Below are positions 37,099 to 45,561 of a stretch of 64,000 nt of DNA, piece by piece (position 1 is the first letter of the stretch; each line of letters begins with the position of its first letter). Position numbers and translations under genes: made by a program. A model generated the notes under the pieces. That model saw only the letters and a program-made list of their open reading frames with translations. It had not been told where the DNA came from and did no database searches. The stretch covers positions 1 through 64,000 of the IMG/VR virus record IMGVR_UViG_3300042868_009074. One strand, given 5' to 3'.

Positions 37099-37643
37099 TG
37101 ACTTACTCTACTTTAATAATAGAAGACTTTATTGATGATAAAGATCTAGATCTACTAATAGAATCTTTTGCTAAAGCACCTTTTGATTCCGCGCCAAATA
37201 ATCCAAATCTATTCAGCTATCAAATACCTAGAGACTATATTCATGCAGCAATAACTGACATGATTAATGATAAGCTCACTAGCACTCTAGAAGAGCATTA
37301 TAAGGTAAAGATATCTCAATACACAAGTGGATCAGTCACTCGCTACACAGAAGGACAATATATAGGGTTACATGCAGACTGGGCCCCGGAAGATGTGTAC
37401 GTTCAAACTCTTGATAAAAAGAGAGTAGACATTAGTTCTGTTACGTATCTTAATCAGGATTTTACTGGTGGAGAATTAGTATTCTGTGAAATTAGTAAAG
37501 ATTTATTAATGACTAAATTGATGACTTTAGTTCCAAGAAGCGGAATGGTCATATTCTTTGATGCCCTTAAATCACACTACACCAAGCCAATAATTAAAGG
37601 TGCTAAGTATTCTTATACTAACTTTTATTCTTTAGAGGATTAA
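37098..37643 (+). CDS. 2OG-Fe(II) oxygenase (prolyl-4-hydroxylase-like)
   Basis: LHAD...SVTYLNQDFTGGEL...HYTKP..KGAKYS. Confidence 0.85.
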   Translation: MTYSTLIIEDFIDDKDLDLLIESFAKAPFDSAPNNPNLFSYQIPRDYIHAAITDMINDKLTSTLEEHYKVKISQYTSGSVTRYTEGQYIGLHADWAPEDVYVQTLDKKRVDISSVTYLNQDFTGGELVFCEISKDLLMTKLMTLVPRSGMVIFFDALKSHYTKPIIKGAKYSYTNFYSLED

Positions 37644-37681
37644 AAAAAATTCAAAAGGCTAAGGTTAATAACTATAGGACA

Positions 37682-37996
37682 CTAAAGCCTAAATCTCATT
37701 ACTTGAGCTGCTACTTCTCCAGCTTCTAATACTCCACTAAGAGTTCTCCTGGCCATTCCTCCAGCTTGTGTGACTGCTTCTGCTACCATAGCTTCTGGCT
37801 CAGCAACTTCTGAGGCAACTTGGGCTATAGCTCCTGGTCTTACTTGGCTAATGCCTGTAGAGATTCTTTCTGAATATTTAACTAAATTTTGATAATTGGC
37901 GAATGTCTTATTATTTAGTTCTCCAAAATTTCTAATCATATAATCGTCAGCAGTGCTTTGTAGTTGCCTCATTACCGGGTTGAGTACCTGGCCCAT
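37682..37996 (-). CDS. Hypothetical Ala-rich protein (putative virion/injected)
   Basis: 104-aa ORF downstream of and co-directional with 38001..38921. Confidence 0.65.
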   Translation of the reverse strand: MGQVLNPVMRQLQSTADDYMIRNFGELNNKTFANYQNLVKYSERISTGISQVRPGAIAQVASEVAEPEAMVAEAVTQAGGMARRTLSGVLEAGEVAAQVMRFRL

Positions 37997-38000
37997 TTCA

Positions 38001-38921
38001 TCACCGATAGTTTACAGTACCCATAAAAGTTCCATGAGCCTCTATTGATCCCAATTTTTCTAAATTATCAAAATCTAAATGAGCAGCCAATGCATTATAT
38101 GCTGGGGATTTACGCGCATCATCTAAATAACGTTTTGTATAATTTCCAAACGGCAGAAATTCATCATTTAACTGATGATAACCTGATAGAAAAGTTCTTT
38201 GAATATCATCGGAAGAGGCACCTCCATTTAATATCAAATCTATGGAACTTTGTCCAATTTTGGTTTTTGATATTAATCCAGAAAAAGACTCCGCTTTAGC
38301 CTCCGATAAACCATGTTCACCCATTGCTTTTAGAAATTTATTTTGAAATTCATCAGCTACGTCTTTTGTTATACCAAATGGTGTTTCTGCTCCCTGAGAC
38401 TCGTCTGCAAATTGAGTTAATGTATCTAATACTTGATAAAACTCAATAAAACCTTTTGATTTAGCTAAATTAGTTAAATTATCTACACTATGACCAATTT
38501 CATGTAACCCAGTTTTTAACATTCTTGTTTGGGATTCTGTTGCAACATCGTTTGGATTAAATACTAGTAAGTTACTAATCGTGTTGCTGTCTTTAATTTT
38601 AATACCTTCATGTTTTAACATATCAGCTAAAGCAGTTCTTTGATATGGTTGTACGGTTGCAGCATGTGCCCTAGCTGTTGGGCCCAGAGGGTTAAAGCCA
38701 AATTTTGCCAATACATCATTATTTACGGAAATGCCTAAGGTTCTTCTGGTCATAGTTGAAGCGGGGACGAAATTTTCTTCCATATGAATATAAGATCTAT
38801 CTAACCCTATATCTTTCATGTTTGTTTCTAATGCTCGCATGCCCTTCTTAGCTTCTGGGGCAGATTTTCCAGCAGCAAACATAAAATGGTCAATGGGCAT
38901 TGAGACTGGGAATAAATCCAT
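38001..38921 (-). CDS. Zincin-like (HExxH) protein
   Basis: GLHEIGHSV and downstream EAKAE; preceded by TTACTAT. Confidence 0.6.
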   Translation of the reverse strand: MDLFPVSMPIDHFMFAAGKSAPEAKKGMRALETNMKDIGLDRSYIHMEENFVPASTMTRRTLGISVNNDVLAKFGFNPLGPTARAHAATVQPYQRTALADMLKHEGIKIKDSNTISNLLVFNPNDVATESQTRMLKTGLHEIGHSVDNLTNLAKSKGFIEFYQVLDTLTQFADESQGAETPFGITKDVADEFQNKFLKAMGEHGLSEAKAESFSGLISKTKIGQSSIDLILNGGASSDDIQRTFLSGYHQLNDEFLPFGNYTKRYLDDARKSPAYNALAAHLDFDNLEKLGSIEAHGTFMGTVNYR

Positions 38922-38951
38922 GTTATAACCTTAAAATTAAAAACTAATTAT

Positions 38952-38958
38952 ATAGTAA
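38952..38958 (-). promoter_or_regulatory. TTACTAT motif (candidate late promoter; one of 8 copies)
   Basis: Same motif at 44443, 48048, 51403, 52251, 61029, 61623, 61850, each upstream of a - strand gene. Confidence 0.55.
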
Positions 38959-38996
38959 CCCTTTAAAGTGATAGGACCTCAAAACGCCAAAAATGT

Positions 38997-39005
38997 TGGT
39001 ATAAT
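38997..39005 (+). promoter_or_regulatory. Extended -10 promoter TGGTATAAT for a leaderless gene
   Basis: 7 nt before ATG 39013. Confidence 0.7.
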
Positions 39006-39012
39006 ATAGCCC

Positions 39013-39411
39013 ATGGGAATGTTTGATTATTTTACAATAGAGTACCCTTTGCCCTTAGAGTCTTATGTGCTATCTAAATACAGGTCATTTGTTCATGCTG
39101 CTGTTGGTCAAGATGAGTTTCAGTGTAAGGATATGGATTGCTGTCTAGATAGGTATTTGATTGATAATGCCGGCCGAATATATAAAAGCGATTTAGTAGA
39201 CTTTGAATTGGATGAAAGAACAGAATTTAAAAAGATTTACTTTCATGGACATATAAATGTTTACAGCATGGTTTACCTTGACGAAGAGGGCTGGGGAAGT
39301 AAAAACAAGTTTTGGTTGGAGTATGACTTGAAATTTACTGATGGCTTGTTAGTACAAGCTACTATGACTTCACCTACGGAAGAAGAACTACAGGTCCTAT
39401 CAGGTTCATAG
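39013..39411 (+). CDS. Conserved phage hypothetical protein, probably leaderless
   Basis: MGMFDY...FQCKDMDCCLDRYLID..GR...FTDG; TGGTATAAT 7 nt before ATG. Confidence 0.75.
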   Translation: MGMFDYFTIEYPLPLESYVLSKYRSFVHAAVGQDEFQCKDMDCCLDRYLIDNAGRIYKSDLVDFELDERTEFKKIYFHGHINVYSMVYLDEEGWGSKNKFWLEYDLKFTDGLLVQATMTSPTEEELQVLSGS

Positions 39412-39439
39412 AGTTCACGTATGGTATACTGTTATATAT

Positions 39440-39515
<76 letters not shown>

Positions 39516-39538
39516 ATCTTACCCAAAGGGCTATAAAA

Positions 39539-40450
39539 ATGTATAACTTAGATTTAAGCTATAAAGAAATTTATCCTAAAATTTTTGTATATACCAACTT
39601 GTTTCCGGATCATCAAAACCTGCACAAGATAATGCAAAGATCGGAAGATGAATCACAAGGCAAGGGTGTGTACCATAAATGGACTGATTGGTTTATCTTT
39701 GGAAGATATTGTAGTTCTAGATCCTATAAATTTGCAATAGAAGACATCAAGAAATCTTTTAACGAAGGCATTGAATATGATTTTAATTTATATGAAGAAG
39801 AATTGTTATTACATGATAGATTAAACGAAGCAGTAACAGCAGCTATTTGTAATTATGTAGGTATTAACGATGTACGTTTGCCAGAAAATTCTTATATTTC
39901 AGACCAAAACATAGCTAGATACAACCCAGGAGTGGATTCTGGCGAAGGCAAAACGATGCAGTATCATACTGATTATGGTATTGGAGAATGGTATTGGCCT
40001 GGTGAAAAATTTCTATTGACTGCCACAACATATATGAATGATGACTATGAGGGTGGGGAAATAATGTTTTCTATAGGTGATGAAATAATTAAGTATAAAC
40101 CACAGGCTGGAGAAATAATAGTATTTCCTTCTGGCTCACCTTTGTTTCCAGGTGGTGAACCGTACTTTCATGCAGTTGGGGGGATAAGAAACAATAGTAA
40201 ATCTTTAGTTAGAATGTATTTAAAGCATACAGCTAATGGTGAAAAAAAATGGTATGATGGTGAAGAAAAATATGGCAAAGATGAATGGTATGAAATAGCT
40301 AAAAAGAGAGCGGAAGGGCACAACTCTATTGCCGTTTTTGACAACGAGCCTAGACTATGCTCCGCCCTTATCACCAAGCTATATGGCATCGAAAAAGAAA
40401 GCTATACAGTAAAAGAAGATGTTTTCTATGATGAAGATGAAATCCAATAA
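39539..40450 (+). CDS. 2OG-Fe(II) oxygenase (prolyl-4-hydroxylase-like)
   Basis: YHTD...TTYMNDDYEGGEI...PYFHAV...RMY. Confidence 0.85.
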   Translation: MYNLDLSYKEIYPKIFVYTNLFPDHQNLHKIMQRSEDESQGKGVYHKWTDWFIFGRYCSSRSYKFAIEDIKKSFNEGIEYDFNLYEEELLLHDRLNEAVTAAICNYVGINDVRLPENSYISDQNIARYNPGVDSGEGKTMQYHTDYGIGEWYWPGEKFLLTATTYMNDDYEGGEIMFSIGDEIIKYKPQAGEIIVFPSGSPLFPGGEPYFHAVGGIRNNSKSLVRMYLKHTANGEKKWYDGEEKYGKDEWYEIAKKRAEGHNSIAVFDNEPRLCSALITKLYGIEKESYTVKEDVFYDEDEIQ

Positions 40451-40468
40451 ACAATTAAGAGGTATTTA

Positions 40469-41497
40469 ATGTCGTCAATTTTTATACAAATAGCTTGTTA
40501 TCATGATTTAGAATTATTAGAAACTATAAAAGATGTTTTAAATAAATCTTCAGAAAATAATGATTTACATTTTGGTGTTCATAATTGTTTCTTTGAAGAA
40601 AATCCACATGATGAATCTTTTATGAGATCAGAGTTAAACAAGCTAAATAGAAATTATAAATTATCTATCAAGCACTCTAAGTTTCCAGACAATATCGGGA
40701 TGGGATTAGGCAGATACATTGCTAACGAATTCTATAGCAATGAAGACTTCTACATGCAGATCGATTCTCATATGATGTTTATGCATAAGTGGGACGAAGT
40801 TTTAATTGGCTTGTTGAATGAAGCTAAGAAAACCGGCATTGAAAAACCGATTATAAGCGACCCAACTAATGCTTACCTTGTAGATGGGAATGGACAAAGA
40901 CAGATAGAGGACAAGAGCTTATTTGATCATTTTAAGAATAAAAATTTTGATGTTCAAAAGTTAATTGAAGAACAATCATTTGCAAAAGCTAAGTACAATA
41001 TATCTGGTTTAAATGAACGCAATGAAGTAAGCACTACATTCAAACACTGTTTTGATATAGATTTAAGTGTAGAAAATTTACATAATATTTTTGAATTTAT
41101 ATATATCAACGGTGCTTTTATCTTTGGAGATGGTACACTACATGCTATTAAACCTAATAGAAATTTACTTTTAATTGGGGATGAGACTCTTACTTCTTCT
41201 AGGTTCTATACGCATGGATATACCGTTTTGAGAACGACAGACATCAAAGTTTGCTGCCATCTTACTAGAACTAAGCCAGGTTTACCTGGCGAGGATTGGA
41301 TCGTAGATCGTAGAAGAGAATCACAACAAGATTTAAGAAGTTATAATGAAGCCGAGGGTGAAGGCGAAATTATCTTCAGAAAACTATATGAAAAAAATAT
41401 AATGGAATTAAGAAAAATATTGGGACTGAGAATAAAAGATGATCAGTCACTTGGAAATGAAAGAGACTATCAAGAAGTAATTGATAGCTTATTGTAA
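40469..41497 (+). CDS. Gnt1/Skp1-hydroxyproline GlcNAc-transferase-like glycosyltransferase
   Basis: SIFIQIACYHD...G.GLGRY...YMQIDSHMMF..KWD; GDETL.SSRFYTHGY. Confidence 0.75.
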   Translation: MSSIFIQIACYHDLELLETIKDVLNKSSENNDLHFGVHNCFFEENPHDESFMRSELNKLNRNYKLSIKHSKFPDNIGMGLGRYIANEFYSNEDFYMQIDSHMMFMHKWDEVLIGLLNEAKKTGIEKPIISDPTNAYLVDGNGQRQIEDKSLFDHFKNKNFDVQKLIEEQSFAKAKYNISGLNERNEVSTTFKHCFDIDLSVENLHNIFEFIYINGAFIFGDGTLHAIKPNRNLLLIGDETLTSSRFYTHGYTVLRTTDIKVCCHLTRTKPGLPGEDWIVDRRRESQQDLRSYNEAEGEGEIIFRKLYEKNIMELRKILGLRIKDDQSLGNERDYQEVIDSLL

Positions 41498-41508
41498 AGG
41501 AAAATAAA

Positions 41509-42525
41509 ATGAGTAAAAGAATATTATTAACAGGAGCTGGTGGCTTTGTAGGGCACCATACATTAGAGCATATTTTTAAGACAACAGATTGGGATGTAGT
41601 TATTACTGACTCATTCCGTCATCGTGGAGTAACAGACAGAATCACTTCTATAGCTTCATGGGAAGCTAACAAGCATCGCGCAAAACTTATCACACATGAT
41701 TTGACTGTCCCATTTTCAGATGTAATGATTAAGCAGATTGGACACGTAGACTATATTATTTCTATGGCTTCTGATTCTCATGTCGATAGATCGATTACAG
41801 AACCAGCACCTTTCATAACTAATAACGTAGCTCTCATAGTTAACATGTTAGAGTTGGCACGTAAGATTAAACCAGAAGTTTTTCTGCAGGTTTCTACAGA
41901 TGAAGTGTATGGTCCTGCACCAGCTGGTTACGCTCATGCCGAGTGGGATACTATCCTTCCATCCAATCCTTACTCAGCCTCTAAGGCTTCACAGGAAGCT
42001 ATCTGCAATTCCTACTGGCGTACATATGATGTACCGGTAGTAATAACTAACACGATGAATATTATTGGTGAACGCCAAGACGCAGAAAAGTTTGTACCTA
42101 AGGTTATGTATTCCCTAGAGAAGAATATACCTATGACAATTCATGGCTCTGAGGGTAACATTGGTTCAAGATACTACCTCCATGCGAGAAACCAAGCTGA
42201 TGCACTTCTTTACATTCTAAAGAACCTGCCGGCAACACCATATCCAAACAATGATAGACCAGATAGATATAATATCGTTGGAGAGAGTGAAATAGACAAT
42301 CTCACAATGGCTAAAATGATAGCTAAGTACTGGGGCAAGGAACTTCAGTATGAACTAGTAGACTTCCACTCAACAAGACCAGGACATGATCTTCGCTATG
42401 CCCTTGATGGAAAGAAGTTAGCTGATGCTGGATGGGTTGCTCCAATTCCTTTGGAAGCTTCGCTTGAAGCTACAATCGAATGGACTAAAGAACATCCTGA
42501 ATGGCTATGGAGAGAAGAAGCTTAA
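41509..42525 (+). CDS. rmlB: dTDP-glucose 4,6-dehydratase-like NAD-dependent epimerase/dehydratase
   Basis: TGAGGFVG, SHVDRSI, STDEVYG, YSASK, RPGHDLRYALD. Confidence 0.88.
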   Translation: MSKRILLTGAGGFVGHHTLEHIFKTTDWDVVITDSFRHRGVTDRITSIASWEANKHRAKLITHDLTVPFSDVMIKQIGHVDYIISMASDSHVDRSITEPAPFITNNVALIVNMLELARKIKPEVFLQVSTDEVYGPAPAGYAHAEWDTILPSNPYSASKASQEAICNSYWRTYDVPVVITNTMNIIGERQDAEKFVPKVMYSLEKNIPMTIHGSEGNIGSRYYLHARNQADALLYILKNLPATPYPNNDRPDRYNIVGESEIDNLTMAKMIAKYWGKELQYELVDFHSTRPGHDLRYALDGKKLADAGWVAPIPLEASLEATIEWTKEHPEWLWREEA

Positions 42526-44387
42526 CCACCTAGGTCTGAGGTATCGCCCCTACCAGCTAGTCTGTTAGCAGTATAGCCACCAAGCCCAAGTGCTGAACCT
42601 ACCGCTAGCATCTTGAGGTTTCTTGATCCCTTGATGCCTTGAGTTACAGCTTCAGCCATAGCTTTTGATCCATCTGCTGAAAGCAGTTTTTGACCAGGTT
42701 TACGAGCTGTCCTGATATCTCCACCCATTCTACGAAGAGCTTCCCTTGCTGTTAAATCAACGTCTTGTTGTGCTGTTTTATTTACTATTTTTGCAGTAGG
42801 AGCTGTAGGAGAAGTCGCTGGGATAATTGGGGTTTTAGGCGCTGTGGGTGGAGTTGGAGCTGTTGATGGAGTAATGGCAGCTCCGTGTGGACCAGGAGTA
42901 GTTCTAACTGAAGTTGGGGCACCTACCGTAGGACCTCTAGAGATAGGTGGTTTAGTTGTTGGAGGAACAGATACTGGCGGTACGCTAGTAGAAGTCACCG
43001 GAGGTGGGGTGACTATAGGCTGCCCAGAAGCTACCTTTGCTGCAGTTGCTCCAGTATCATATTCACCTGCTAAAGGGGTTACTTTAGTGGCATTAGCAGT
43101 AGACACACTTGGGCCAGAAGTAAGCGGTGGAGTTCCCGGGGCTGAAACTTGCCCTCGTCCATTAATAGGAGGAAGGGGTCCTTTATAATTATACTCATCT
43201 ACAGTTACAGGTATTGCAAATTTACCTGTAGATCCTAGCGCTGGTGGTGCTGGGATGGTTACTGGTATCTTTCTAGCAGATCTTTCTTGGGCAATTTGTT
43301 CGATTGTTTTATACGGACTAACATAACCATCTTCTCCATGCAGTAGTCTTGACATCTCTGGCGATTCAGATGTAACTGCGTTAATTCTTCCAATTTGTTC
43401 TGGATTTATTTCTCCAGTAATTTTATATTTTTGATCTGCCCCAACAATATTTGTTCTGCCACCGATGTTATCGTCACTATACTGGGTAGCAAGATCAAAT
43501 TTACCTGTTGAGACATCTTGCCCTAAGTAATCAGTAGTAAATCTTGCAGAGATACCTCGTGATATTGGTGTATTTACAACTCCAGTATCTCTCATTGTTA
43601 AGCCAGCCCTAAATGCCGGATTATTTTGATCAACTAATCTATGACCCAATCTACTTTCTAGTCTGGAAGTTATTTCATCTCTAGCTTCCAGACTTTGAGG
43701 ATAAGCGGAAAAATGTCTTCCATCTCCATAGGCACCGGGAGATGTCTTAAAGGTTAATCCACTTTCCTGAAAAGTCTCAGCAGCAGTTAAAATATCACGA
43801 GGATCTATAAAACTGTTTCCAGTTTTACCAAAAGGAACATGATTTTTTTGATAAAAATTAAGAAAGTGATTAGGTTTAATGCCTAAGGCAGAGACTCTTT
43901 CATCAAATTGTGCTGCAACAGTTTTGTCAATTACAGACAAATCCATTCCTCTTCCAGCTTTAGCTAGGGCATCTTCGTGTGTTAGGTCAGCAACAAAATC
44001 ACCATGAATTTTCCATCCATGATTTTGATTTATTCCGTTAGGTCTAACAGATTCATATCTTGAGTCAAATACTCCTGACGGAGAGTCCAGTTGAAACATA
44101 TTGTTAGAAAATTCGTGAGGACTAATAGCTTTTGGCAACTCATGCCCAAAAACTCTTCGAGAATAATCAGCTATATCTGCCTTAGCTACCTGAGCCAATT
44201 GTCCTTCTGGCAAACCGCTGACTGGGCTTACATTTCCATTTATATTAGGTCTTATAAATTGAAAAACCTCAGTCCCATCGTCCCTAGTAAGGGCTGATAT
44301 ACTAATTATTTGATTAGGGCTAGTTATGAGTTTGGGGAATTTTTTACTTTGTGAATCGAAAATAATTTCATGAATAGATTGAGCCAT
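42522..44387 (-). CDS. Putative virion protein with LanKC-NTD/OspF-like lyase-type domain and Pro/Thr-rich tail
   Basis: HGWKIH...LTFK...GRHFSAYP...ISARF pattern; long P/T/A linker; C-terminal hydrophobic Gly-rich helix; TTACTAT upstream. Confidence 0.55.
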   Translation of the reverse strand: MAQSIHEIIFDSQSKKFPKLITSPNQIISISALTRDDGTEVFQFIRPNINGNVSPVSGLPEGQLAQVAKADIADYSRRVFGHELPKAISPHEFSNNMFQLDSPSGVFDSRYESVRPNGINQNHGWKIHGDFVADLTHEDALAKAGRGMDLSVIDKTVAAQFDERVSALGIKPNHFLNFYQKNHVPFGKTGNSFIDPRDILTAAETFQESGLTFKTSPGAYGDGRHFSAYPQSLEARDEITSRLESRLGHRLVDQNNPAFRAGLTMRDTGVVNTPISRGISARFTTDYLGQDVSTGKFDLATQYSDDNIGGRTNIVGADQKYKITGEINPEQIGRINAVTSESPEMSRLLHGEDGYVSPYKTIEQIAQERSARKIPVTIPAPPALGSTGKFAIPVTVDEYNYKGPLPPINGRGQVSAPGTPPLTSGPSVSTANATKVTPLAGEYDTGATAAKVASGQPIVTPPPVTSTSVPPVSVPPTTKPPISRGPTVGAPTSVRTTPGPHGAAITPSTAPTPPTAPKTPIIPATSPTAPTAKIVNKTAQQDVDLTAREALRRMGGDIRTARKPGQKLLSADGSKAMAEAVTQGIKGSRNLKMLAVGSALGLGGYTANRLAGRGDTSDLGG

Positions 44388-44469
44388 AATTTTAAAAATC
44401 CTTACTAAAGCTAATCTAGAAAATAAGCGTTACTAGTTATATATAGTAACCTATGTATGGAGGTATGTT

Positions 44470-44685
44470 ATGGCAGCAAAGAAGCCAGCTAAGAAAAATA
44501 TAACAAGTGTTAAAGAAGTTAAAAAAGAATTGCCCGGAAAAGCTATTATGTATTTTGGGGTTCCCGAAAGAGCATTCGTTTGCCCGTCTTGCAATAAAAC
44601 TTTAATTAAAGGTATTATATACGAACACAATAGTAGTTCGTATTGCACTAGAGGTTGTATCCCAGCCCCAGAAGTGGTAGTATAG
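44470..44685 (+). CDS. Small zinc-finger protein
   Basis: CPSC...YCTRGC; SD GGAGG. Confidence 0.65.
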   Translation: MAAKKPAKKNITSVKEVKKELPGKAIMYFGVPERAFVCPSCNKTLIKGIIYEHNSSSYCTRGCIPAPEVVV

Positions 44686-44689
44686 CCCC

Positions 44690-45055
44690 ATGCAAAACTA
44701 TTGGCTCTCAGAACAGCATAAAGATATGGGCAGTGAGATGGCTGGCAATGTCAGTTATAAGCTACCTGCAGCTGAGCAGGAATTCGCCAATGCACTAATG
44801 GCTATTGCCAAGAAGTACGGCAAGCTTGCCAATGGAGATGGTAACGGTATCTGGGTTGGGTACGTTGATGCATCTGAAAATGATAATGCTGAAATTGGTG
44901 TTATGTGTTCTAATTGTGCTCTTTATGCCGGCGGTGGCGTTTGCAAGATCGTTAAGCAAAAGGTACAAGATGGCGGTTACTGCCGCCTTGCTGCTATTCC
45001 AGATGGCGTAGTCAACGGTAGTAAAAAAGACGACGACGATGACGAAGAAGACTAG
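44690..45055 (+). CDS. Protein with HiPIP-like four-Cys motif, probably leaderless
   Basis: CSNCALY....CKIV..KVQDGGYC; TGGTAGTAT 6 nt before ATG. Confidence 0.65.
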   Translation: MQNYWLSEQHKDMGSEMAGNVSYKLPAAEQEFANALMAIAKKYGKLANGDGNGIWVGYVDASENDNAEIGVMCSNCALYAGGGVCKIVKQKVQDGGYCRLAAIPDGVVNGSKKDDDDDEED

Positions 45056-45309
45056 GGCTTTACTCCCCACTTACCTATAGGGCAAGTAGCGTGTAGTAAT
45101 TTAGTCTTTGCGGGCATAAAGCAACCGCACTTAGTGCAAGTTTTAGCTGCCGTTAAATAAGGGCAGTCTTGACAAACGGAATATCTATATTCTTGTTCAT
45201 CATCAGTTACGTATTCTGTATCTGGATTTGCAAAATCCCATGGACGTACAACGCCAGTCTCCTGACGTTCTGCGTTCTTTTTTTTCCATTCTTGCCAAGG
45301 ATTAGTCAT
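45052..45309 (-). CDS. DUF6171-like Cys-rich small protein
   Basis: RYSVCQDCP...TCTKCGCFMPAKTKL..ATCPIGKW. Confidence 0.75.
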   Translation of the reverse strand: MTNPWQEWKKKNAERQETGVVRPWDFANPDTEYVTDDEQEYRYSVCQDCPYLTAAKTCTKCGCFMPAKTKLLHATCPIGKWGVKP

Positions 45310-45313
45310 AGTA

Positions 45314-45520
45314 CTATTCTACAGGAGAATTGAAGTCTTGTCCATCCCAAAGAAATCCTTCTTCAACCAACTGGTCAACAATTTCAACAATTGTAGGATT
45401 ACTACGCATAATAGCAATGGTTTTTTGTAACTCTTGTGGCAACTCGCCACCGTCCACTGTTTCCGGAAATCTTCCAATTTTTGCAACTTCTCCATCAACT
45501 ATAAATGCAAATATACTCAT
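45314..45520 (-). CDS. Small tail-associated hypothetical protein
   Basis: FAFIVDGEV...GFLWDGQDF; follows tail-fibre-like gene. Confidence 0.65.
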   Translation of the reverse strand: MSIFAFIVDGEVAKIGRFPETVDGGELPQELQKTIAIMRSNPTIVEIVDQLVEEGFLWDGQDFNSPVE

Positions 45521-45561
45521 ATTTTAATTCCTTTCATTAAAACTTATCATATCTATCAAAT

